Shown here piece after piece: positions 1-8,777 of a DNA stretch of 64,000 bases. The translations under genes were made by a program, and so were the position numbers. Origin of the DNA: Alphaproteobacteria bacterium (GTDB lineage Bacteria; Pseudomonadota; Alphaproteobacteria; MPNO01); contig CBDFLJ010000002.1 in the NCBI GenBank assembly GCA_965248835.1, positions 1,728,001 to 1,792,000 on the forward strand, given 5' to 3'. How positions within the stretch are numbered: the first letter of the stretch is position 1; every line of letters starts with the position of its first letter. The notes under the pieces are model-generated. The model saw only the letters and a program-made list of their open reading frames with translations, ran no database searches and was not told the DNA's origin.

Positions 1-30
1 TCGCACTTATGTGCAATTCAACATAAGACC
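1..30. mobile_element. Putative IS terminal inverted repeat (IS1595-like) interrupting the toprim gene
   Basis: AT-rich imperfect palindrome CTTATGT-gcaattca-ACATAAG abuts the conserved TDAATxEHGDLLDLI motif where a Trp codon is expected; minus strand reads GGTCTTATGTTGAATT. Confidence 0.4.
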
Positions 31-840
31 GATGCCGCGACGGCCGAGCACGGCGACCTCCTCGATCTCATCGGCCATCGTGTGAATGCGCCGACGCTGC
101 GCACGGCGCTCGACGAGGCCCGCGCCTTCCTCGTCCGGCCGGCTCCGCCGCCCGGAGGCGAGGGCGGCGCCTACGACGCGGCGGAAGCGGCGCGGCGCCT
201 GTGGCGGCGTTGCCGCGCCATCGACGGCACCCATGCCGAGAGCTATCTCCGCGCCCGCGGCCTCGCGCGCTGCCGCTTCGCGGCGCTGCGCTTCCACCCC
301 GAGCTTCGCTACCGCGAAGGCGCCTCCGTCCGCCCCCTGCCGGCGCTGGTCGCCGCCGTCACCGGCGACGACGACGCCGTCTGCGGCGTGCAGCGCACCT
401 GGCTCGACCCCCGCTCACCCGCCAAGGCGGGTGTCGCGGCGCCTCGCAAGGCGCTCGGGCGCATCTTCGGACGCGCCGTTCGCTTCGGCGCCATTCCCGC
501 CGACGGTCTCGCTTCGCTCGTCGTCGGCGAGGGCATCGAGACCGTGCTCTCGCTGGTCACCGCCGTACCGGAAATCACCGCCGCCGCGGCGCTCTCCGCC
601 GGCAGCCTCGGCGCCTTCTCGGCCCCGCCCGGCGTCGCGCGCCTCGTCATCGCCCGCGACAACGATCCCGAAGGGGAACGAGCGGCCGAACGCCTCGCCC
701 GGCGCTGCGCTCAGGTCTCCGTCACCGCCGCCGTCATCGTCCCCGAGCACGCCGACTTCAACGACGACCTCGTCACCCTCGGCGCCGACGCGCTCCGCGC
801 GCGGCTCGCGCCCCTGTTCCGCGCCGGGGCCTGCGAGTGA
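28..840 (+). CDS. ICE/plasmid toprim-domain (primase-like) protein, 5' part missing or interrupted
   Basis: TDAATAEHGDLLDLI at 28 is in frame with ORF 82..840; AESYLRARGL, LRFHP, VGEGIET, IARDND and DFNDDL toprim motifs. Confidence 0.8.
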   Translation, partial: TDAATAEHGDLLDLIGHRVNAPTLRTALDEARAFLVRPAPPPGGEGGAYDAAEAARRLWRRCRAIDGTHAESYLRARGLARCRFAALRFHPELRYREGASVRPLPALVAAVTGDDDAVCGVQRTWLDPRSPAKAGVAAPRKALGRIFGRAVRFGAIPADGLASLVVGEGIETVLSLVTAVPEITAAAALSAGSLGAFSAPPGVARLVIARDNDPEGERAAERLARRCAQVSVTAAVIVPEHADFNDDLVTLGADALRARLAPLFRAGACE

Positions 841-884
841 GAGAGAGCGCCCGTGCGGGCGAGCGCAATCAGGGGAGAGAGAGC

Positions 885-1202
885 ATGGCCCGCATCGTCA
901 ATCTCGGGCACGAGCCGGACGCAGAAGCCGCCGGCGCCGTGCGCATCGACCGCCGCACGCAGTGGGGCAACCGATTCCGCATCGGACCCGACGGCAACCG
1001 CGAGCAGGTCATCGCGCGTTATCGCGCCGACCTTTGGCGGCGCATCCGCGCGGGCGAGTTGGCGCTTGACCGTCTCGCTGCGCTCGACGGCGAGCGCCTC
1101 GCCTGCTGGTGCGCGCCCCACCCCTGCCACGGCGACGTGCTCGTCCGCGCCGCGGCCTGGGCCGCCGCCGTGCTCAAGGCCCGCGAGGGGAGAGTGAAGT
1201 GA
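885..1202 (+). CDS. DUF4326 family protein
   Basis: RIDRRTQWGNRF...LACWCAPHPCHGDVL signature; GGAGAG RBS before ATG 885. Confidence 0.85.
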   Translation: MARIVNLGHEPDAEAAGAVRIDRRTQWGNRFRIGPDGNREQVIARYRADLWRRIRAGELALDRLAALDGERLACWCAPHPCHGDVLVRAAAWAAAVLKAREGRVK

Positions 1203-1273
1203 GCGGGGAGCGAATGGCGCGGAGAGCGAGAGGGAGTTCCGCCGCGACACCATCACGCAACCAGGAGCCCGGC

Positions 1274-1477
1274 ATGAGTCACGTCACTTTCAAGCGCATC
1301 GATCCGCACGAGTCTCGCATCTTTTCCGAGGGCGACCATGTCGGCGACGTTTATCGCCAGCGCGACATCCTCATCCAGGCCCGCACCCGGTCGATGGTGG
1401 CCAGCCGAGGCGAGACGCCCTTGCGAAGCCGTGCCACGAAGGACGGATCGCCGGCCGCGTCGAGCCCCAGCAGATAG
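1274..1477 (+). pseudogene. Small hypothetical gene, probably 3'-truncated
   Basis: AGGAG RBS plus ATG (MSHVTFKRIDPHESRIF...); runs head-on into the minus-strand gene. Confidence 0.35.
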
Positions 1478-1722
1478 GCCTTGGTCCGGGTGACGGAGAG
1501 GAACGCCTCGATCTCGCGCCGGAAGGCAGGGCCGATCGGCGCCTCGCCCATGAAGACGAGCAGCCGGTCCGCGGTATCGAGCCGGAGCGAGCGCCCGCGC
1601 GCCAGCGAGGCAATGAAGCCGGGGTCGCCCAGCGCAACCTCACCGAAGCGCCGGCCGCTGATCCGGTGGCGCTCGATGTAGCCTTCGACGGTTCGGCGCA
1701 GGGTTATCGTGTGGGTATCCAT
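1351..1722 (-). CDS. Tandem double Cro-like HTH protein
   Basis: Two internal repeats: FGEVALGDPGFIASLARGRSLRLDTADRL and LGLDAAGDPSFVARLRKGVSPRLATIDRV; divergent from a CI-like repressor. Confidence 0.7.
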   Translation of the reverse strand: MDTHTITLRRTVEGYIERHRISGRRFGEVALGDPGFIASLARGRSLRLDTADRLLVFMGEAPIGPAFRREIEAFLSVTRTKAYLLGLDAAGDPSFVARLRKGVSPRLATIDRVRAWMRMSRWR

Positions 1723-1813
1723 GGGACGGGAACGTAAACGGAACGAATTGCGTTGACAATAGGATGAGTTAGTGAATATCCTGCACAACACGACAGACCT
1801 GCGAGGACCTGCT
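1723..1813. promoter_or_regulatory. Divergent promoter/operator region of a CI/Cro-like switch
   Basis: TTGACA at 1753-1758; inverted repeat AGGAT(1761-1765)...ATCCT(1778-1782); GGAACG repeats. Confidence 0.5.
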
Positions 1814-2506
1814 ATGGAAAGCGATCCGATACGGGAAAAGATTAAGGACCTGCTCCGGCGCCGCGACCTCAACATGAGGGAGGCCTCGGTCCGGATGGGG
1901 AGGAACGTCACCTACCTCCACCAGTTCCTCACCCGCGGTCAGCCCAGGGTGCTGGGCTACAAGGACAGCGAGACCCTCGCCGAGCTGCTCGGCTGCGATG
2001 TCGACGAACTCCGCCACGACACCGTGCCCAGGCGAAAGCAATCAAAGAGAAAGCGCCGCCCGGCCCCGGCCGGGCTTCCCGGCGTGCCGCTCTCGAGCGT
2101 GCCCGAGATGGAGGTCGAGGCGTCGGCGGGACCGGGCGCGCTCGCCGACGAGTTCGTCATCGAGAAGGCGCGCTGGTTCCTGCCCGAGGGGATGATCCGT
2201 TACGAGGGCGATGCGAGCCCGGACGATCTCCGCATACTCAGGGTGCGGGGAAATTCGATGGAACCCGAGCTGCGCGAGGGCGACCGGCTCATGGTTGATA
2301 CCGCCCGGCGGATCCCGGCTACCGGGGAGATGTTCGTCCTATGGGACGGCACCGGCCTCGTCGTCAAGCGGGTCGAGCATGTGCGCGACGCCGCCCCGCC
2401 CCGTCTCCGGCTGAAATCCACGAATTCGGACTATGACGACTACACCTGCGATCCCGAGGAGGCCCACATCGTCGGTAAGGTGCTGTGGACCGTGAGACGT
2501 GTGTGA
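1814..2506 (+). CDS. CI/LexA-like repressor: N-terminal HTH plus S24 autopeptidase
   Basis: ASAGPG cleavage-type motif, VRGNSMEP (catalytic Ser), LVVKRV (catalytic Lys), IVGKVLW C-terminus. Confidence 0.9.
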   Translation: MESDPIREKIKDLLRRRDLNMREASVRMGRNVTYLHQFLTRGQPRVLGYKDSETLAELLGCDVDELRHDTVPRRKQSKRKRRPAPAGLPGVPLSSVPEMEVEASAGPGALADEFVIEKARWFLPEGMIRYEGDASPDDLRILRVRGNSMEPELREGDRLMVDTARRIPATGEMFVLWDGTGLVVKRVEHVRDAAPPRLRLKSTNSDYDDYTCDPEEAHIVGKVLWTVRRV

Positions 2507-2750
2507 GAGGCGGCGGAACTGACGGACCAGCGAGCTACCAAACAGAACCTCACACCCGTTCAACCGATGATCCGGCCAAAAGCGCTGCCGCTATCGTCTC
2601 TAGGCTCCCCCATCAGGTTTTGGATCGGTTCAGTCCGTTCCGAGCATCATCACCAGACGTCAAGGCTGGATAAAGCGGTCGCTATATTGCCAATTCTGTA
2701 GTATTTTTCACTTTACGTTCAGCAGACCCGACTGAGAGGCAAGGCGGTCG

Positions 2751-2963
2751 ATGGTTGACACCGACGTCATGACCGTGCGCGAGGTGGCTGAGTACCTGAA
2801 GGTCAAGGAGCGCACGATTTATCGATTGGTTGCCGGAGCAGGCATACCGGCATTCAAGGTGGGCGGTTCCTGGCGGTTCAGGAAGGGAGAAATCGACCAG
2901 TGGACCGAATCACACGCAATCGGGCCGGATGACGCGGTGGATAGGGCGGAGCGGTCGCAATGA
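2751..2963 (+). CDS. Excisionase-like HTH_17 DNA-binding protein, first gene of the defence operon
   Basis: MTVREVAEYLKVKERTIYRL...IPAFKVGGSWRF; ATGA overlap with the next gene. Confidence 0.9.
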   Translation: MVDTDVMTVREVAEYLKVKERTIYRLVAGAGIPAFKVGGSWRFRKGEIDQWTESHAIGPDDAVDRAERSQ

Positions 2964-5900
2964 CAGTCCCAACGATTTTCGAGGCATGCCGTCCACGGGA
3001 GGACGTCCTCAAAGGGGCGATCACCGAAGCCGACTTTGCCGCGGATCTGGCGCAGGTCATCGTCGGCAAGGGAAATGTCGAATATCTCGACCCGGTACGC
3101 TTCTTCGCCAACACCTATCCCACGAGGGGCCTCAAGAACCTGCTCGCCAACGTGTGCCGCCGTCTGACCGGCGCTGGCGGCGAAGTCGCGGCAATCTTCC
3201 GTCTCGATACGTCCTACGGTGGCGGCAAGACTCACGGGCTTATCGCGCTGACGCACGCCGCGCACGGTATGAAGGGTGTCGCGAATGTCGGGGAGTTCAT
3301 CGACCCTTCACTGCTACCCGATAGTCGTGTTCGCGTTGCGGCCTTCGATGGTGAAAACGCCGATCCTGCCAACGGCCGGGCCATGGGCGAGGGCGTTCTC
3401 GCTTACACGCCCTGGGGAGAAATCGCTTACGCGCTCGCCGGCAAGGATGGATATGAGCGGGTCCGCAAGAGCGATGAGAGCCGCATCGCGCCCGGCGCCG
3501 AGACCCTGCGCGAGCTGTTCGGCGGCGATCCGACGCTGATCCTGCTGGACGAGCTTTCCGTTTATCTGCGCAAGGTGCGCAACCTTGAGGACGCCCGCGA
3601 TCAGTTGACGGCGTTCCTGACCTCGTTGTTCAAGGCCGTCGAAAGCGCGCCTAATGCCGCCATGGTCTATACGCTGGCGATCGGCAAGGACGGCCGGGCA
3701 ACCGACGCCTATAACGAAGAAAACCAGTTTATCGCCGACAACATGGCGGAAGCGGAGAGCGTTTCCGCTCGCAAGGCAACGCTTTTGAACCCCACCGAGG
3801 AGGACGAAACGGTTCAGGTCCTCCGCCGTCGGCTGTTTGAATCCATTGACGAGACAAAAATTCCGGCGGTTGCCGATGCGTACCGGGCTCTGTGGGGGAC
3901 CAATAGAGAGTCCCTGGCCGACGATGCGGCCCGTTCCGAAACCGTCGAGGCATTCCGGTCGAGTTACCCGCTGCATCCGGAAGTCCTGGAAACCCTGACC
4001 GGCAAGACAGCGACGCTCGGCAATTTTCAGCGCGTACGCGGCATGCTGCGGTTGCTGGCGCGAACAATCTCGCATCTTTGGGAACAGAAGCCTGAGGACG
4101 CGACGGCAATTCACCTTCACCATATCGATCCGGGCTACGAGCAGATCCGCCAGGAGATCGTCACGCGCCTCGGGCAGACCGCTTACCTGCCGGCCATTAC
4201 TAACGACATCGCCGCCGGATCGGTCGAAAAGAAGGCATTAGCAGAAGAGATCGACGCCGAGCACCACGGCGGCATGGCCCCCTATGCCGTCTATGTCGCC
4301 CGAACCATCTTTATGCATACGCTCGCCTTCAATGACCCGCTCAAGGGGGTTTCGCCGGAACGGTTACGCTATTCACTCCTTGGCCCCGCGACGGACATCA
4401 GCTTCATCGAGGAAGCGCGCAAGAAGTTCATTGCCGAGTCCGCCTACCTCGACGACCGTCCCGGAGCGCCGATGCGCTTCCTCGCCGAAGCCAATCTTCG
4501 GCAAATCATTCGCCGCGAGGAACAGCATGTCGATGCCGGGCAAGCCCGCGCCGAGCTCAACGACCGCATCCGCCAGATATTCGGCGGCAGGACATTTGAC
4601 ACGGTCCCGTTTCCGGGAGGGCCGTTCGACGTTCCCGACGAGGTCGGCGACGGCCGCCCGAAGCTCGTCGTACTGGCCTATGACGGGGTCACCATCGGCG
4701 GCACCGTGGAGAGCGTCCCTGAACTCATCGAACGGATTTACTCGCGTAAGGGCTCCGAGGGTTCCGACCTGAGGGCCTTGCGCAACAATCTGGTGTTCGT
4801 GGTCGCCGACGAGGCCCGCCGGGAGGAAATGCGGCGCAAGAGCTATCAGCGTCTGGCTTTGCGGGAGCTCAAGAAGCCCGAGCGACTGCTCGATCTCGCC
4901 GACCACCAGCAGGCCCAGATACGTGAACTGGAGGCAAGATCAGAACAGGAACTCGCGATCGCCATCCAACAGTGCTACCGACATGTTTTCTACCCGTCTC
5001 GCAATCGAGTCGGCGAAAGTGTGGCCGACTTGGCCCACTCGGCAGTCGATGTCCATTCCACTTCCGATCAGCCTGGGGCGGGCCAACAGCAGATTGTGCG
5101 GGCGTTGCGCGATCTAAAAAAGTTGCGCCTGTCCGAGGACGAACCGGATTCTCCCTCCTATGTGCGGGATCGCACGCCCCTCAAGAAAGGCCAGATCACG
5201 ACGCTTGCGCTGCGCGACGAGTTTCGGCGCGATCCAGCACTGCCCATCCTGGTCGGCGACGACATTTTCATTCGCGGAGTCCGGCGCGGCATCGAGCAAA
5301 GCGAGTACGTGTATCAGCGCGGTGAGTTGATGTTCGGCCCCGGAGACCCGCCGGCCAGCATCATGATCGATGAGCAGTCCGTGGTCTTCACCATGGTCTG
5401 CGCGAAAAATCTCGCCGTCTGGCCCCGGCCGAAGCCGGGGGAGCCTGTACCGGACAAGGACAAAGGCAAACCGGCGGATGATCCGGGCGCGATACCCGGC
5501 GGCGGGTCTGGCGCCGACGCGGGAACCGAGCCCATTGGAGGGCATCCTGTTGGGGGAGCACCCGGATCTATTTCCGCCGAAGGCGTTCTCAAGGAAGCGC
5601 TGGTTCAGTTGTGGGAACAGGCCCGGGCCAAGGATGTCGAGAATGTCGGGATTTTGACTATCCGCATGTTCGAGGCTGGCGACGCCTTCCGTCTTCTGGG
5701 CGCCGTAGGCGCCGTATCTGGAGCGGAGAAGACCGTCACCATTACGGGCGGCTATGAGACCCGCGAGGGCGGCTCGTTCGAGCTGGAGTTTCGAGGACCG
5801 GTACCCGACGCCCAACCGGTAAAGGAGTTCCTTGAACCCCAACTGCGGGACGCAACTTCCAAGAATCTCCAGGCGGGTTTCGAGTTGACGTTTGCCGAAG

Positions 5901-6004
5901 GTCTTTCGATGCGCGGCGACGCAGCCGAGAAGTTCACCGAACGCCTTTCCAAGTTTGCGAGCGGGGCTGCGTACGTGTCGGCCACGGCGGAGGTAAAGGC
6001 GTAG
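2960..6004 (+). CDS. DUF499-family AAA+ ATPase (BrxC/PglY-related)
   Basis: EADFAADL, FFANTYPTRGL, Walker A TSYGGGKTH, Walker B LILLDE, SYPLHPE, FQRVRGMLRL. Confidence 0.9.
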   Translation: MTVPTIFEACRPREDVLKGAITEADFAADLAQVIVGKGNVEYLDPVRFFANTYPTRGLKNLLANVCRRLTGAGGEVAAIFRLDTSYGGGKTHGLIALTHAAHGMKGVANVGEFIDPSLLPDSRVRVAAFDGENADPANGRAMGEGVLAYTPWGEIAYALAGKDGYERVRKSDESRIAPGAETLRELFGGDPTLILLDELSVYLRKVRNLEDARDQLTAFLTSLFKAVESAPNAAMVYTLAIGKDGRATDAYNEENQFIADNMAEAESVSARKATLLNPTEEDETVQVLRRRLFESIDETKIPAVADAYRALWGTNRESLADDAARSETVEAFRSSYPLHPEVLETLTGKTATLGNFQRVRGMLRLLARTISHLWEQKPEDATAIHLHHIDPGYEQIRQEIVTRLGQTAYLPAITNDIAAGSVEKKALAEEIDAEHHGGMAPYAVYVARTIFMHTLAFNDPLKGVSPERLRYSLLGPATDISFIEEARKKFIAESAYLDDRPGAPMRFLAEANLRQIIRREEQHVDAGQARAELNDRIRQIFGGRTFDTVPFPGGPFDVPDEVGDGRPKLVVLAYDGVTIGGTVESVPELIERIYSRKGSEGSDLRALRNNLVFVVADEARREEMRRKSYQRLALRELKKPERLLDLADHQQAQIRELEARSEQELAIAIQQCYRHVFYPSRNRVGESVADLAHSAVDVHSTSDQPGAGQQQIVRALRDLKKLRLSEDEPDSPSYVRDRTPLKKGQITTLALRDEFRRDPALPILVGDDIFIRGVRRGIEQSEYVYQRGELMFGPGDPPASIMIDEQSVVFTMVCAKNLAVWPRPKPGEPVPDKDKGKPADDPGAIPGGGSGADAGTEPIGGHPVGGAPGSISAEGVLKEALVQLWEQARAKDVENVGILTIRMFEAGDAFRLLGAVGAVSGAEKTVTITGGYETREGGSFELEFRGPVPDAQPVKEFLEPQLRDATSKNLQAGFELTFAEGLSMRGDAAEKFTERLSKFASGAAYVSATAEVKA

Positions 6005-6484
6005 ATGGCTCGCCTGGAACGCATTTCCCTCGTCGATACACCGGGCTCGGCGCCCCAGTACGAACTCCGGGTGCGCAATCACGGCCCGGGGGATGCCGAG
6101 TACGAAATCTGGCAGATGCCTGCATCGGCGACACCGCAGGTGACTTCCGCGATACGCGTTGCCGGGCTTCGCGGCCGTAATTTCGATCTCGTCGAGCACC
6201 GGGTGCTCAAGCGTCTAGCACGGGCCGGAATTAAGCTCGGTTCTGGGACAGACAACAAGAAGCGCGGCTACACACTGACTGAGGACTTAGCGTTGATCTT
6301 GGGGTTGCTGTTCCGCAGCCTCGCCCCCATGCGCAATCGCGACAACATGCGTGCAGTCGCTGAAGGTATCGAGGCCATGGCGCGCGAGGAGGCCGCGTAC
6401 TGGTTAGGTATGGCCATACATAGAAAGAACCCGCGCCGAGTGTTGACGGCGCTCCGGTTTCTGCTGACGAATCCGAAACGATGA
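6005..6484 (+). CDS. Small accessory protein of the DUF499 system (DUF3780-like position)
   Basis: Starts directly after the DUF499 stop; C-terminal EAMAREEAAYWLGM...VLTALRFLL resembles the DUF3780-type EERWWL...ALR tail. Confidence 0.65.
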   Translation: MARLERISLVDTPGSAPQYELRVRNHGPGDAEYEIWQMPASATPQVTSAIRVAGLRGRNFDLVEHRVLKRLARAGIKLGSGTDNKKRGYTLTEDLALILGLLFRSLAPMRNRDNMRAVAEGIEAMAREEAAYWLGMAIHRKNPRRVLTALRFLLTNPKR

Positions 6485-7632
6485 TCGGGCAGGCGAACAT
6501 GCAAACGACACAGGGCAGGGAACCAATGGAAGATACGCAACCCGGCCAGTCGTTCGGGCACGAAGAGCCCGAGGGTCTGGATGATAAAGGCGAGTCGTTT
6601 GGTGATTACCCCATCGACGATCTCTTGATCCGCCATGACAGTCGAACGATTCATGACGTCATGCGTCGGATAGATCAGGGCAACTACATCATGGACCCTG
6701 ATTTTCAGCGCGATTTCATCTGGCCGGAAGACAAGCAAAGCAAGCTGATCGAATCGGTTATCATGCGTATTCCCCTGCCTGTGTTCTACATGGCGGAGGA
6801 CGGTGACGGAAGAATGGTGGTGGTAGACGGTTTGCAGCGCCTATCTACCTTTCACCGGTTTGTGAGCGATAAGTTGCGGCTGCGTCTACCGAATCGGACT
6901 GAACTCAACGGCAAACGATTCTCGGACCTGACGTCAAAACTCCAGAACCGCGTGGAGGACTGCAATCTAATCTTTTACAACATTGATTCGAAGGTGGGAG
7001 AACGTGCCCGTCTGGACATCTTCGAGAGGGTCAATAGCGGAGAGCCCCTCAGCAGGCAACAGATGCGCAACTGTCTGTTCATGGGAAGGGCGACCCGGTT
7101 CCTAAAGGAAGAAGCACAAACCGATATTTTCCTTAAGGCAACGGGCGCTAGCCTAAATAAAAAAACAATGCGGGATCGGGAGTTTGTCAATCGGTTTTGC
7201 GCTTTTCAGCTTCTCGATCTCGATGAGTATCATGGAGACATGGATGAGTTCCTTGCCAACTGCTTAACGAAAATGAACCAATCGGCGGAATCATATCTAT
7301 CGCAGTTGTCCGATAAATTTCACAGGGGCCTTGCAAATAACCTTTTGCTGTTCGATCAACATGCATTCAGAAAACATGAACCGGGACAGGAACGTCGCGT
7401 CGTTCTCAATGCATCCTTTTGGGATGTAATGTGCACCGGTTTGTCGCGTTACACCGAAGATCATGTAGAAGTATACGTGGAACCTCTTCGCCAAGCCATT
7501 TATAAACTGCTTGGAGACGAGAGTTTTAATACCGCTATTACTTACTCCACAAACAATACCAAAAGTGTTGGCCTTCGGTTTGAGATGAGCCTGCAAAAAT
7601 TCGAGGAGATTCTGGGTGCTCACACGGATTGA
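6481..7632 (+). CDS. DUF262 (ParB-like/GmrS-type) protein, Menshen NsnA-like
   Basis: PDFQRDFIW, SKLIES, RIPLP, VVDGLQRLST, IFERVNSG; start could be 6526. Confidence 0.9.
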   Translation: MIGQANMQTTQGREPMEDTQPGQSFGHEEPEGLDDKGESFGDYPIDDLLIRHDSRTIHDVMRRIDQGNYIMDPDFQRDFIWPEDKQSKLIESVIMRIPLPVFYMAEDGDGRMVVVDGLQRLSTFHRFVSDKLRLRLPNRTELNGKRFSDLTSKLQNRVEDCNLIFYNIDSKVGERARLDIFERVNSGEPLSRQQMRNCLFMGRATRFLKEEAQTDIFLKATGASLNKKTMRDREFVNRFCAFQLLDLDEYHGDMDEFLANCLTKMNQSAESYLSQLSDKFHRGLANNLLLFDQHAFRKHEPGQERRVVLNASFWDVMCTGLSRYTEDHVEVYVEPLRQAIYKLLGDESFNTAITYSTNNTKSVGLRFEMSLQKFEEILGAHTD

Positions 7633-8776
7633 TCTGCGGTATTTCAAATGTTTCAAAATGTTGAAGCTGCCATTGCGTCCGCTGACCCTGCTGTCCGGCG
7701 CCAATGCCTCCGGAAAATCGTCGGTGATGCAGGCCCTCGTTCTTCTGCATCAGACGATGCGCGCACATGAATGGTCGTCACGCCTGATGCTCAATGGCGC
7801 CGCTGTTCGACTCGGCACCGCGGCGGATGTGATCGACCAAGTTTACGGGCGCCGCAATTGCGAGATTGCGCTGCTGGACGACCCTGCGGCGCGGTTTCAA
7901 TGGGAATTTGAAGGGGACCGCAACGAGATGTCCATGGTGGTGCGAAGGGCTTGCGGGGAGACGGCCGACGGCGCCCGCTGGGACGCCAACGAATCGCAGT
8001 CGTTTCACCACTTGCTGCCGGCGCCACCAAGCGGCCATTCGTTGACCAACCGCCTATGCGGGCTCACCTACCTGACCGCCGAGAGACTGGGGCCGCGCGA
8101 GCACTACATGTTTGACGATCCGCAGCTAACGCCCGTTGTCGGCTCACGAGGGGAATACGCTGTCAGCATTCTTCACTCCGGCCGAGACGCCCCTGTGCTG
8201 GATCGCCTGGAGCTTCAGGGCACACCGCCCACTCGTTTTCGGCAAGTGGAAGAACGGATGCGCCACTTTTTTCCGGGTTGTGTGTTAGCGATTGAGCAGG
8301 TTCCGCGTGCGAACGCCGTAACGTTAGGAATTCGTATATCCAGCGGTATGGATTTTCAACGCCCTGTTCATACGGGTTTTGGGTTGACTCAGGTTCTCCC
8401 AATCGTCGTCGCGGCCTTATCCGCGAATAGCGATGACCTGCTGTTAGTCGAGAATCCCGAAGTGCATCTACATCCCACCGGACAGGCGGCGATTGGGGGA
8501 TTTCTGGCTGAAGTCGCATCGGCAGGCGTGCAGGTCATAATCGAGACACATAGTGACCATGTGTTGAATGGCATCAGGCGGGCCGTCAAAAACCGCACGC
8601 TGACCAGCGAACATGTCGCGTTACATTTTTTCCGGCCGCGCCGTGAAGACCAGACGGACTGCGGGCCACAAGTTCAGAGCCCGATCCTGGACGCCGACGG
8701 CAACATCGACAGTTGGCCGGATGGGTTTTTTGATCAGTTCGACAAGGACATGAATTATTTCGCGGGCTGGAATTGA
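7616..8776 (+). CDS. ABC/SMC-type ATPase with DUF3696-like C-terminus, Menshen NsnB-like
   Basis: Walker A GANASGKSS, signature GFGLTQVLP, ENPEVHLHP, IIETHSDH, DGNIDSWPDGFFDQ. Confidence 0.9.
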   Translation: MLTRIDLRYFKCFKMLKLPLRPLTLLSGANASGKSSVMQALVLLHQTMRAHEWSSRLMLNGAAVRLGTAADVIDQVYGRRNCEIALLDDPAARFQWEFEGDRNEMSMVVRRACGETADGARWDANESQSFHHLLPAPPSGHSLTNRLCGLTYLTAERLGPREHYMFDDPQLTPVVGSRGEYAVSILHSGRDAPVLDRLELQGTPPTRFRQVEERMRHFFPGCVLAIEQVPRANAVTLGIRISSGMDFQRPVHTGFGLTQVLPIVVAALSANSDDLLLVENPEVHLHPTGQAAIGGFLAEVASAGVQVIIETHSDHVLNGIRRAVKNRTLTSEHVALHFFRPRREDQTDCGPQVQSPILDADGNIDSWPDGFFDQFDKDMNYFAGWN

Positions 8777-8777
8777 T

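Noticed and set aside
82-2963. Intact prophage
   Set aside because: A CI/Cro-like pair is present but there are no capsid, terminase, tail or lysis genes
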